From contig OZ245366.1 of NCBI GenBank assembly GCA_965226585.1, positions 960,001-1,024,000 on the forward strand: 64,000 bases of DNA, in the 5' to 3' direction. Positions 47,452-58,400 of this stretch are shown piece by piece. Position numbers and translations under genes: made by a program. The notes under the pieces are model-generated. The model did no database searches. It was not told where the DNA came from and was given only the letters and a program-made list of their open reading frames with translations. The stretch is from Thermodesulfobacteriota bacterium. GTDB taxonomy: Bacteria > Desulfobacterota_D > UBA1144 > Nemesobacterales > Mycalebacteriaceae. How positions within the stretch are numbered: position 1 is the first letter of the stretch; each line of letters begins with the position of its first letter.

Positions 47452-47801
47452 TCAAGCACCCCCTTGAACAGAACATAAAGGTATCCGGCAACTATCACGA
47501 GAAGAAACGCCGCTATCTCAATCGCCGCCACAAGACCCAGTTCGCGGGCTGCCACCGCCCACGCTATAAGAAAGACCGCCTCAATATCAAAAAGTATAAA
47601 AAGCGCGCCGATAATGTAGTAGTTCACGGGAAACTTGCCGCCCGCCTCTCCAACCGGGGTTATGCCTGATTCGTATGGGGCGGATTTATGCGCGCCGGGT
47701 TTCTTTTTTCCAAGGAATACGGAAATAAACAGAAGAACGGCGGCAATGCCGACTGTCAAAATCCAAATGATAACCACAGGGGCGTAGGTGTGACCGTCCA
47801 T
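47442..47801 (-). CDS. nuoA: NADH-quinone oxidoreductase subunit A
   Basis: PYESG, FILFDIE, KGVLDW. Confidence 0.94.
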   Translation of the reverse strand: MDGHTYAPVVIIWILTVGIAAVLLFISVFLGKKKPGAHKSAPYESGITPVGEAGGKFPVNYYIIGALFILFDIEAVFLIAWAVAARELGLVAAIEIAAFLLVIVAGYLYVLFKGVLDWR

Positions 47802-47811
47802 CGGTGAAGGA

Positions 47812-47839
47812 ATGTTAAGTTACGGAAAAATATTGTCAA
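47812..47839 (-). promoter_or_regulatory. Probable sigma70 promoter of nuoABCD
   Basis: TTGACA (47839-47834), 16-bp spacer, TAACAT (47817-47812). Confidence 0.45.
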
Positions 47840-47894
47840 GAAATCACCTTTTAATACGGCGGCGGCGGTTATAATTCTCGCCGGAAATAGGGCA

Positions 47895-48596
47895 ATGTCT
47901 CAAGCAGAACTCAACGTTTGTATCACCTGTATGCGTGAGGAAGAAAATCTGAAAATCCTCATTCCGCGCATCTCAAAAGTTCTGGACAACTACGGAATCA
48001 CCTACAAAATAGGCGTGATTGACACGGTTGAGCCGATGGACGGAACGCCGGAAGTGTGCCGGAGTTTTGACAACGTCATCTACTTTCCCACCGAAGGCGG
48101 CATAGACGGATACGGCAGAGCCGTGCGAACGGCAATAAACAGCGCAGACTCTGAATACGTGATAGTGATGGACGGCGATCTTTCGCATCCGCCCGAAGTA
48201 ATTCCCTCAATGCTTGACCTCAGAAAGGAAAAAGACATGGTTATCGCGTCCCGCTACACAAAGGGCGGAAGTTCCGATGACAGCGCAATCAACCGCCTTA
48301 TGTCCCGCGCCCTGAACATCGCCTGCTCCACCGTGCTGGGAATTGACTGCAAAGACTGGTCAACAAGTTTCAAAATCTACAAAACCGCGCAGGCGCAGTC
48401 TCTGTCTCTGGGCTGTGAGCATTTTGATATACATCAGGAAATTATCTACAAACTTCACCGCAAGTATCCCGGCTTCACCTTTGCCGAAGTCCCGATGGCG
48501 TTCGGAAAACGGCTTCACGGCTCATCCACCCGTCAGATGGTCTACGCCTACTCGCTCGCGAAAACAATACTGAAACTGCGTCTGGGAATTATTTAG
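47895..48596 (+). CDS. GT2 glycosyltransferase (polyprenol-phosphate mannose synthase-like)
   Basis: DGT..V, GYGRA, VMDGDLSHPP, IASRY..GG. Confidence 0.85.
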   Translation: MSQAELNVCITCMREEENLKILIPRISKVLDNYGITYKIGVIDTVEPMDGTPEVCRSFDNVIYFPTEGGIDGYGRAVRTAINSADSEYVIVMDGDLSHPPEVIPSMLDLRKEKDMVIASRYTKGGSSDDSAINRLMSRALNIACSTVLGIDCKDWSTSFKIYKTAQAQSLSLGCEHFDIHQEIIYKLHRKYPGFTFAEVPMAFGKRLHGSSTRQMVYAYSLAKTILKLRLGII

Positions 48597-49539
48597 CAAG
48601 CCGCGCGGCGGTTTTTATCGCCTCAAGCATACTGCGCGGGTCGGCAACTCCCTGCCAAGCTATGTCAAAAGCGGTTCCGTGGTCGGGAGAGGTTCTCACA
48701 ATGGGAAGCCCCAGCGTTATGTTCACCCCTCTGTAAAAAGCCACCATTTTGAAAGGCGCAAGCCCCTGGTCGTGATACATCGCCACAACAACGTCCCATT
48801 TTCCTTCCATCGCGCCGTAGAAAACCGCGTCTGCCGGAAGCGGACCCGCAACGTCAATCCCTTCAGCGGAAGCCATCATAATGGCGGGGGCTATCTCGTC
48901 TATCTCCTCTCTGCCAAATTCTCCGTTCTCGCCCGCGTGCGGGTTGAGTCCGCAAACCGCGATTTTCGGCGATTCCACCCCGAACTTTTCCGTAAGAGCG
49001 GACGCGCATATTTTTATGGTGCTGAGCACCGCTTCATGTTTAACAAGTCCGGGCACGTCAGCGAGGGCGCAATGAATTGTTACAAGCGCGACCCTGAAAT
49101 CGCCGCCCTCAAACATCATCACCACATCTTCCGCGCCGGTCATCTCTTTAAGCATCTCCGTGTGTCCGGGATAAGGAGAACCCGCCAGTTGTATCGCTTT
49201 TTTATTTATGGGAGCCGTAACAATCGCGTCCGACAGCCCTCCGGCGGTATGCTCAACCGCCGCCTCTATCGCGGCAAGAGACTCTCGCCCCGAAGATTCA
49301 TCCACCTCGCCTGAGCGCAAATCGTCAAACCTCATATCGCCGCAGTCAACAAACTCAACCGTGTCATCTTTCGCGCCCGTAAGTTCGCAGGCGCGGGAAA
49401 AAATTTCACGACTGCCGAAAACCACCGGCTCGCATATCTCAGCTGCCTCTCTGTCCGCCACCGCTTTGGCGACAATTTCGGGACCTATTCCGCCGGGGTC
49501 TCCAAGCGTAAGAGCTATTTTAGGTTTTACCGGGGTCAA
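48589..49539 (-). CDS. pdxA: 4-hydroxythreonine-4-phosphate dehydrogenase
   Basis: GDPGGIGPE, TAPINK, GLNPHAGE, MYHDQGL, RTSPDHGTAFDIA. Confidence 0.96.
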   Translation of the reverse strand: MTPVKPKIALTLGDPGGIGPEIVAKAVADREAAEICEPVVFGSREIFSRACELTGAKDDTVEFVDCGDMRFDDLRSGEVDESSGRESLAAIEAAVEHTAGGLSDAIVTAPINKKAIQLAGSPYPGHTEMLKEMTGAEDVVMMFEGGDFRVALVTIHCALADVPGLVKHEAVLSTIKICASALTEKFGVESPKIAVCGLNPHAGENGEFGREEIDEIAPAIMMASAEGIDVAGPLPADAVFYGAMEGKWDVVVAMYHDQGLAPFKMVAFYRGVNITLGLPIVRTSPDHGTAFDIAWQGVADPRSMLEAIKTAARLAK

Positions 49540-50300
49540 TCCAGCCCCCTGAAAAGTTCCGCACTGTTTCTGAAAAGACTCTCCTCCATCACGGCGGGTT
49601 TTTCCCCTCTCACCTCTGCGAGAGTGTCAAACACATGGCGCACAAAAGCGGGCTCGTTGTCTTTGCCCCTCATTGGAACGGGGGCGAGATACGGCGAGTC
49701 TGTCTCAATCAGAATACGGTTGGCGGGGATTTTCTTTGCGGTTTCGCGGATTTCCGGCGCATTTTTGAAGGTTAGAATTCCGGAAAAAGATATGTGAAAG
49801 CCAAGGTCAAGAAACCGCTTTGCCGTCTCATAGGTTCCTGAAAAACAGTGAATCACGCCCGGATTGTCTCCCGAAGCGTGTTTTTTCAACACCGCCTCAA
49901 CATCGTCTTCAGACTCTCTCAAGTGGACGATAACCGGAAGCCCCAGCCGCCCCGCAAGCCCGACATGCGACTCAAAAGATTCAAGCTGAATATCGCGCGG
50001 CGATTTTTCGTGATGGTAGTCAATTCCCGTTTCGCCTATGGCAACAAGTTTTTCGTTCTCCGCCAGTTCAGACAAATCGTTCACCGTATTGCCGTCAAAA
50101 GAGGAAGCGTAGAGGGGATGAATTCCGGCAGCCATGTGAACGGAGTCAAACTGCTTTGCTATCAGCGCGGTTCTGCGCGCGCTTTCTATTCCGGTGGAAA
50201 CGGAAACAATTTTCCCCACCCCTTCGCCCGCCGCCCTTTCAACCGCCCCGGGCGCGTTTTCTCCAAGCATTTCCAGATGCGCGTGTGTGTCAACAAGCAA
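49536..50300 (-). CDS. tatD: TatD-family nuclease
   Basis: DTHAHL, GIHP, IGETGIDY, HCFSG, ETDSPYLAPVP.RG. Confidence 0.93.
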   Translation of the reverse strand: MLVDTHAHLEMLGENAPGAVERAAGEGVGKIVSVSTGIESARRTALIAKQFDSVHMAAGIHPLYASSFDGNTVNDLSELAENEKLVAIGETGIDYHHEKSPRDIQLESFESHVGLAGRLGLPVIVHLRESEDDVEAVLKKHASGDNPGVIHCFSGTYETAKRFLDLGFHISFSGILTFKNAPEIRETAKKIPANRILIETDSPYLAPVPMRGKDNEPAFVRHVFDTLAEVRGEKPAVMEESLFRNSAELFRGLD

Positions 50301-50303
50301 GGG

Positions 50304-50780
50304 TCAGCCGTCTCCGCCCGTGTCTTTTTCGTCATCCGCCGCAAGGTCTTTCACTTCGGCAAGAAACTGGTTCACGTTGTCAAATGATTTATAGACTGAA
50401 GCAAAGCGCAAATAGGCAACTTTGTCGAGATAGCGCAGGTTTTTCATAATCTGTTCGCCAACCTCGTGCGCCTGTATTTCGCGCTCTTTTCTGCTTGCGA
50501 GTTCGCCTTCTATTTTCAGAACAAAATTCTCTATTTCTTCGGGGGTGATGCCTGTTTTTTCGCACGCTTTTTTAACGCCTTCAAAAACTTTTTCCCTGCG
50601 GAAATCCTCTGTGCGTCCGTCTTTTTTAACAATGGATATTTTCACCTCAGGCCTTTCGTAAGTGGTGAACCGCTTCCCGCATGACGCGCATTCCCTTCTG
50701 CGCCGTATGGATGATGTTTCCTCGTTACTGCGCGAGTCCACAACGCTTGTGTCGTCTTTCATGCAAAAAATACACTTCAA
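50304..50780 (-). CDS. nrdR: Transcriptional repressor NrdR
   Basis: TTG 50780 start gives [30 protein letters not shown] cone, [10 protein letters not shown]. Confidence 0.95.
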   Translation of the reverse strand: MKCIFCMKDDTSVVDSRSNEETSSIRRRRECASCGKRFTTYERPEVKISIVKKDGRTEDFRREKVFEGVKKACEKTGITPEEIENFVLKIEGELASRKEREIQAHEVGEQIMKNLRYLDKVAYLRFASVYKSFDNVNQFLAEVKDLAADDEKDTGGDG

Positions 50781-52024
50781 ATTTCGAGACCTTCGTACAC
50801 GGGGAATTTGAGGCACAGCTCTTTTGAATCCTCTCCTATTGCCGCGAGTTTTTTGTCGTCTTGCGGGTTTTGCAGGGCTATGTCAATAAAGTCCGCGATT
50901 GTGTCCATTTCGTTCTCTTTCATTTTTCGTGTGGTAACGGCGGGTGTGCCGATTCTGATGCCGCTTGAGACTGCGGGCGGAAGTTTGTCAAAAGGAATGG
51001 CATTTTTGTTGACGGTAACCCCCGCTTTTTCAAGGGCTTCTTCGGCGTCTTTGCCCGTTATGTTTCTGTTTGTCAGGTCAATAAGTATAAGGTGGTTGTC
51101 TGTTCCGCCGGATATCAGGTTGAACCCGCGCCGTTTGAGAGATTCCGCCATAGCGCGGGCGTTGGCAAGCGTTTGTTCCTGATACTGTTTGAAGTCCGGT
51201 TTCATTGCTTCCGCAAAGGCGACCGCTTTCGCGGCTATAACGTGCATAAGGGGTCCGCCCTGAACTCCGGGAAAAACCCTGCCGTTCAAAACTTTTTCGT
51301 GTTCGCTTTTCATCATAACAAGCCCGCCTCTGGGACCCCTGAGGGTTTTGTGCGTGGTTGTTGTAACAAAATCGCAATACGGAACCGGGTCGGGATACAG
51401 CCCCGCCGCCACAAGCCCTGCGGGGTGTGCTATGTCTGCCATAAGTATCGCGCCCGTTTCATCGGCTATTTCTCTGAACTTTTTGAAATCAAGTCGTCTT
51501 GGGTACGCGCTGAATCCCGCGATAATCATTTTCGGTTTATGTTTAACGGCAAGGTCTCTGACCTCATCGTAGTCAATAAGAAAAGTTTCGGGATTCACCC
51601 CGTAAGAGACGGCGTTGTAGTAGCGTCCTGAAAAGTTGACTTTGCTTCCGTGCGTAAGGTGGCCGCCGTGCGCCAGATCCATTCCGAGAAAGGTATCGCC
51701 GGGTTTGAGGCATGAGAAGAAAACCGCCATATTTGCTTGCGCTCCTGAGTGCGGTTGAACATTCGCGCAGTCTGCGCCGAAAATCTTTTTCACTCTGTCT
51801 CGCGCGAGGTTTTCCGCGATGTCCACAAACTCGCATCCGCCGTAGTAGCGTTTGCCGGGAAGCCCTTCGGCGTATTTATTTGTCAGCACGCTTCCCAGCG
51901 CGGCAAGCACTGCGGTGCTCACATAGTTTTCAGAGGCGATAAGTTCAATTTTTATCTCCTGCCTTTCCATCTCGCGCCTTATGGCGTCTGTAATTTGCGG
52001 GTCTGTTTCTTCAATGATTGACAA
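50777..52024 (-). CDS. glyA: Serine hydroxymethyltransferase
   Basis: [34 protein letters not shown]. Confidence 0.98.
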   Translation of the reverse strand: MSIIEETDPQITDAIRREMERQEIKIELIASENYVSTAVLAALGSVLTNKYAEGLPGKRYYGGCEFVDIAENLARDRVKKIFGADCANVQPHSGAQANMAVFFSCLKPGDTFLGMDLAHGGHLTHGSKVNFSGRYYNAVSYGVNPETFLIDYDEVRDLAVKHKPKMIIAGFSAYPRRLDFKKFREIADETGAILMADIAHPAGLVAAGLYPDPVPYCDFVTTTTHKTLRGPRGGLVMMKSEHEKVLNGRVFPGVQGGPLMHVIAAKAVAFAEAMKPDFKQYQEQTLANARAMAESLKRRGFNLISGGTDNHLILIDLTNRNITGKDAEEALEKAGVTVNKNAIPFDKLPPAVSSGIRIGTPAVTTRKMKENEMDTIADFIDIALQNPQDDKKLAAIGEDSKELCLKFPVYEGLEI

Positions 52025-52100
52025 AGTTTTGTATCTCCAGTTGGGATTTCACAACGCTAACAAAATTGCGCGCCTTTCGCAAATTACAAAAGTGGACAAC

Positions 52101-52469
52101 CTTCCGTCATTCCGTTGCCCTTTCCGTCATTCCGTTGCCCCTTCCGTCATTCCGTTGTTCTCCCTCCGTCATTCCTGCGGAAGCAGGAATCCAGTATTGA
52201 TTAACCAGTTGAATACTGGATTCCGTGTCAAGCACGGAATGACGGGAAGGAAAAAGGCACGGAATGACACACTTCCCCGTCATTCCTGCGGAAGCAGGAA
52301 TCCAGTATTGGTTAACCAACTGAATACTGGATTCCGTGTCAAGCACGGAATGACGGGATGGGGAAAAAGGCACGGAATGACACACTCCTCCGTCATTCCT
52401 GCGAAAGCAGGAATCCAGTATTGGTTAACCAACTGAATACTGTATTCCGTGTCAGGCACGGAATGACGG
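52101..52469. repeat. Palindromic repeat array: three 20-bp half-site units, then three 80-bp cloverleaf elements (52166-52245, 52277-52356, 52390-52469)
   Basis: Unit CCGTC-ATTCCTGC(GGAA)GCAGGAAT-CCAGTATT(13 nt)AATACTGG-ATTCCGTG(TCAAG)CACGGAAT-GACGG, spaced 111 and 113 bp apart. Confidence 0.95.
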
Positions 52470-52475
52470 GAAGGG

Positions 52476-55400
52476 TCAAAACCTGTAATTAACCCCGCCT
52501 CTAAACTGTTGCACAAAAGTATCAACCGAAGAACTCACCCCGCCGCCATATTCAAAACTCACATTAAACTTCTCATAAGGGCTGTATTCAAAACCCGCGC
52601 CATAAGTGAACATCACCCTGTCCATTGTGCCGTCAACGGGAACATTATCCCTCTCAAGCCTTCCTTCAATCTCAGATTCAGGGTTAAGCACCTGTATATC
52701 CGCGCCGGTTCTTATCCACATGTTTATCGTCTCATTGAGAGGACTCCGCGCCTCTATTGACGGACTCACGTACACAAGCAACTCGCTTATCTCATCTACC
52801 CCAAAGGCATCCATCGCCGCATCCGCCGCACCTGTTCCTGTTGTAAGCGAAGTCTCAACAAACTTGTCCGCCGTTATTTGTGATGCTCCAACCGCTACGC
52901 GGGGGAAGAAAGCAAACTCTCCCATTAAGAACGGTCTTGCCGCTCCTATTTCACCGCCAAATACTGTTGCGTCCACATCCGCCGAGTAACTGTTACCCGC
53001 CGTTCTGGTCGCTTCCCAACTTGTTGACCCGTAACGCAGGTTGCCGTCAAGAACAAACTCATCAACCAACGCCTCGGCAAATATGCCGCCCATAAATCTT
53101 GTCGCGTCTCCGCTTGCTTTGCCCAGTCCTTTTGTGTCCGCCGCAGTCTCTGTTTCTGAACTCGCGTCTATGTCCGATATCTCATATCCGCCCGCGATAG
53201 AAACAAGCACTCCGCTAAATGGCGCGGAAAAACCGCCGGTGAATGAATAAACATCCTCGTCATACTGTATCGCCGATGTGTGCCTTGTGTATCTTCCGCC
53301 GGATGTTGCCCATACGCATCCGCCAGTCCAAAACTCTCCGGAAATCTCATCACTCGCCGCTCCGCTGATTCCGCATCCTCTCGCCAACTTGTCAGCAAAG
53401 TTTCTGTCTGAACGGTAGGCGGACTGTATCAGCGCGTCATATACATCCAAACTTGTGTCTTTGTGCGATGTCGCTATTAAAAACAAATTGCCGTTTTCGT
53501 CTGTCTCAACACTTATTCTTTCGCCGATTTCCGCGCTCAGGCGGTCTGCAACTTCCTGCCTTTCTTCGCCTTCCGGCAGGGATTCCGCTTCAAAAATTGT
53601 GTATTCCGTTACATGCGTTCCGGGAACTTCAACTTCAACATTGAAACCCTCAACATCTTCGGCGGTTATCGTCCCCTCAAGGTCTATCAGCGGGTTGCCC
53701 GCAACGCTTTCAGGGTCTGCCATAATAACAAGGGTTGAGTTTGCACCGAAAGATATCTTCTCAAGCCCGTTAATCGTTTCCCCGCTCCTTATTACCAAAG
53801 TTCCGTTGACTGTCAGAGTGTCTCCATCACTATCTCCAAAATTCAAAGAACCGCCGCCCGATTTCTCCGGCTCTGTTCCCGCAAACTCAGCGGTTCCCGC
53901 AGAACCGAGACGGAAACGCCCGTCTCCGCCGGATGATGCGGAACGCCTGCTGCTGGTGGTAACATTCGTGCCGTCATACGTTCCGCCTGCGGCTATGGTA
54001 ACACTTGCGCCGCCCACAACAGCCGATGTGTCTATGTCGCCATACACCTTGCCGGTGGCGTTAACCGTAACTTCTCTCTTATCGTAGACAAGGGACGGGT
54101 TAGTTTGTGCCCACCCCGCATCCTTCGCGCCCGCAGACATTTTTATCGCCACACCGCCCGTTACGTTCACGGTTCCGTCCACCCAAACAAAAGCCCCGCC
54201 GTTTGCCGTGCTCGCGTCAATCCCGATTCCCGGAGTTGCATCCGTCCCGTTCGCGTACACCGCCGAATCTGAATCAATAATTACATTTGCATATCCGGTA
54301 TCAGCCCTCGCTATTATCGCCTTCGCGCCGGTTCCGCTCGCGTTCACAAGCGTTCTGCCTCCTAATCGGACTTTCGCCTCTATGTCCCACAAACCTACGG
54401 CAGATGCCCCTGCGGAGGTCGTCCTCGGCGCGCCGGTTGTTGTGGCGTTCAGCCCTTCAGCCTGTCCGCCCGGGAGGCTGATAACATGTGTAACATCCGA
54501 ACTTGACGAATGATAAGAGTTGACAGTCGCGTCCGCTCCGGCCGATTCTGCCACGGCAAACTTACTCCGGAGTCCGTTTGCGTAACGCACTGCGGGAGTT
54601 CCTCCGCTTGGTGTGCGGAAAATAATATCCACCCGGGCATTTGCGTTCTTAGAGTTTGCGTGGGCGGCGGTACTGCGGTCGCCGTTCACGAATAAAGTGC
54701 CGCTCGTCTCAATACTTGCGTTTCCGCCTGCGCTAGCCTGTATCGCCGTGCTGTCAACGCCCACCGTATAGACAGCCGTTCCCATACTTGACTGGCTGAC
54801 TGAAACATTTCCCGACCCGCTCACTCCGTACAGGGCGTGGCTTTGCTTCTGCACCGCCCACGCTTTTGCCTGTCCTGAAACGGTAATGGCAACATCTCCG
54901 CTTCCGCTTGATACGCCACGAAACGCGCTTGACCTGTCAGGGATGACTGACAGCCGAGAATCTCCGCTCATTGAAAAAGATATGTCTCCGTTTCTCGTCT
55001 CCGCGACAATTGCGTCTGCAACGAAATGACCGAGCATAGCTACCTGAGAGGTGCCGCCAAGCGCAATATTTATGGGTCCGTCCGCGCTGTTCGCGTGTAT
55101 GGCTCTGGCGGCGGTTCCGTATTGCGGGAATCCGGCTATCACCTGCGCGCCGCCCTGCAAGCGGACGGTTGTGGAGCCGTTGCGGGTTTGCAGTCTGACG
55201 GTATTGGTATTCGACTGCCCTGAGGAAACATACGCCGAATCCGGATTCATTAACGGCGCATCCGCCGCCGCCGCCGCGCCGTTGACATAAAGCCCTATGG
55301 CACCGTCCACCGATGTCGCTTTTATGGTGTCGCCGCCACTACCTGCGTAAGAGACTCGCGACTTGTCGGAAATGATTATTTTTGTTTCTCCGTTAACCAT

Positions 55401-58400
55401 TTGCGACACGACACCGCTTCCTCCTGCCGCCTCTATCCGGGAATCGACTGACGCGTTAAGGAAAAAGTCCGTATTGTCGCCGCCCGTAATGTTCACCCCC
55501 GTGCCACTGCCTATTATCCCGGATGTTCCGTTTATTTGGACAACTACGCGTCCGAAGATAGACACCGATACGGCGTTTCCGGCGGATGAGACAATTGATG
55601 AATTGCCGACCAGAGTAATTTCCGTTCTTTCTGTTGAGCCGATCGCGTCAACACTCAGCGCGGAGGCTCCGCTTGTTTTTGTGCTGATGTTGGCGTTGTC
55701 TGCAAGATAAACTCTAACTCCAAGTTCAGTTCCCGGTGTTGTCGCCACATATGTAGAGATTACGTCAACCGCGCTTCCCGTTCCGGCGACCGCCGTCAGA
55801 GAAGAATTGACTATATCAAGCGTTGCCACGCCTTTGTGAGCCTGAACCTGCGCGGCGCGTCCGCCGGCGGATTCAATAGTTGAGCCGCTGACGATAACAT
55901 GCACGCCTCCAACCACTCTTGTTCCCACAGCCGAAATTCCGCTTGACCCCGCAACCGCCATGACGGTTGAATCGTTCACCGCCAAAACTACCGCCGACAA
56001 GTCCGCCGCTCCCGCGCCTCCCGTTCCGGCATCAACGGCGTCAACGGCATTTGCTCCCGCGCCGTTTAACGCGATAAACGAGCCGCCGACTACATTCACT
56101 GCTCCAACAATTGCTCCAACCGCCGGGTTGCCCGCGTGCGCCGACCATACCTTGGACCCGCTTATGTGCACAGTCCCCCCTTTGACGGCTGTGCCCGTGC
56201 CTGATGTGCCCGTTGCCCAAACCTCCGAGCCGTTAGTTATGCTCACGCCGCCAGCCGTGATGACGCCTTCTCTTACCGCCCACACCTTTGAGCCGTTAAT
56301 GGTTACATCTCCGCCGCTCTGGATTTTGATGGCATTGCTGTCCGCGCCGTTTGCGCCAACTACCGCACCGTTGACCACATTCACTGCGGTCGCCGCTTGA
56401 ATCGTGATTGACTCGTCGCCTTCGCTCCAAACGCTGACACCGTTTAAGTCAAAACCCTCATCGAAAGAAGTGATGACAAAGGTTCCCGCTCCGTTAGACC
56501 AAACTTTTGAGCCGTCTGTTATGGCCAGCGATGTCCTTCCCGTTTCGGTAATTACAGGGTTCATGGGACTGTCTCCCGTTGACCACACATTTGAGCCGCT
56601 TATGCTGATGTCTGCTCCTGTTATCGCGCTTTTTGCCGCTCCATGCGTCCAAACGTTTGACCCGTTAAACACTTTCACCGTTCCGGTTGCCACAATTCCG
56701 CCGCCGCCGGTCGCGCTGTTTGCCCCCGCAGTCGCGCCGCTCAGAAGTACGTCTTGCGCCGTAATCGCGTTGCTGTCCGCTCCTTCAGCCCACACAGACG
56801 CGCCGTTGAGTGTTACGGTTCCGGTTGCGGTTGTGGCAAGGGCATCTGTTGTTGCGCCGTTTGCCCACAGCTTTATGCCGTGAATTGTTACTTCCGTTGT
56901 TATTCCCGCAGTTGAAACGCTGTCTGCCGTTGTCCAAACTTCTCCCGCTCCGTCTCTTGATTCAATGGTGAGCGTTCCCGAAGTCGCATTAATCGCAGAA
57001 CTGCTCGCGCCTTCCGCCCAAACCTTTGAGCCGCCGTAAATTTCTAATAATGAGGCAACCACAACCGAGTTGCTGTTATCGCCTTCCGTCCAAATTTGCG
57101 CTCCTTCTATTGCTACGGTTCTCGCGACAATAGCCTGAGAGTCCCTTTCGGTTGCAAAAACGCTCAAGCCACGCGCTTCCGGCGATGTGATTGTTAAGGT
57201 TCCCGCAGTTTTGGCATTGATGGCGACACCGCCCCTGCCGCCGGCATAGATTACTGAACCGGTGTCTCCGGTGATGTTTATGTCGCCGTTTATTGATGTT
57301 GCATCAACACCGATCCCGGCTTGGTCAGCTATGGAAGTACTAATTCCGTAGGCTTCCGTATAGGCTGAATTCAGTTGACCTCTTCCCCTTCCCTCAATTA
57401 GCCCACTTGAGAGTGTAATATCAATATCTCCGTCAACCGTGTTTGCTATAACTCCGTTTCTGCCAACTATGGTGGATACACCGTTCAACAGATTTATCTC
57501 TATGCTTCCGGCACCTCCGGTAACCGCCGCCAAACCGTAGGAGTCTCCAACGGATGAAGCCACGATTTCCGCCTGATCCGTCAGGTTGACCGTTATGTCG
57601 CCGCTTACGCTTGTGGCTGTCGCGGCTTTGGTGTCAGACGCCAAATCCCGCATTCCACCCACATAAGGATAGATTCCCGAATAGATGCCCAAAAACGAAA
57701 GTTCAATGTCTCCGGCTTGCGTCTCCATCTCAATGCCTTTTGTCTCGCCCGCCACTCTAAAGTCGTAGTCATAAATCTCAACCTTCTCTACTTCAATAAT
57801 CTTTTTGGTTACATTATTAAGCGGAATAATCACGCCGCCTGCGAGTATGGCATGCTCATAGATAGGTATGTCAATACTTTTCGGCAGTGGATACACCTCA
57901 ATTCTGCTTTTTCCGCTGAACTCCGCCACCGCTTTTCCGCTCTGGCTTGATATGTAAATGCCGTTGCCGGTGCCAACTCCGTCAATGTTAATAACTGAAC
58001 CGTTGTGAATCCCCACCACTGCGTCTCCGGTGCCGGCTTTTACAACGGCAACGGTGCCTCTCCTTCCGTCTTTGTCTGCGCGCGCCGCGCCGTCAAGTAT
58101 AAAGGTCGCGCCCTGCGCACCGCCAACATCTATGGTGGAACCGTCGGTTGAGGTTGTTTTTATAACTGAGCCGGTTGCGGAAAAAGCGGCGTCCGCTCCC
58201 GCCGCCGCCGCGTTGACCGTAATGGCGGTTGCGTCTGTAACTTCAGTTGGTGAACCGTCTGTGATTGTTAATGTGGCACCTCCCGATGACTTGGTACAGG
58301 AAAGAGCGGCACCTGCGGGCGTTACGCCGCCGCAGTCAGCCTGAGCATGCGATTGATGGGGGGGGGTAGAAGCGAATAAAAAGACGAGCAGAGAAAAGAC

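Noticed and set aside
52101..52469. CRISPR array
   Set aside because: The sequences between repeats are near-identical rather than unique spacers, the unit is an 80-bp multi-hairpin, dispersed copies occur in both orientations, and there are no cas genes in the window.
51981..52525. Short ORFs (VIPAKAGIQ / WIPASAGMT peptides) over the repeat array, and the similar ORF at 61679-62188
   Set aside because: They are translations of the palindromic repeat or antisense to uvrA, with no independent coding evidence.
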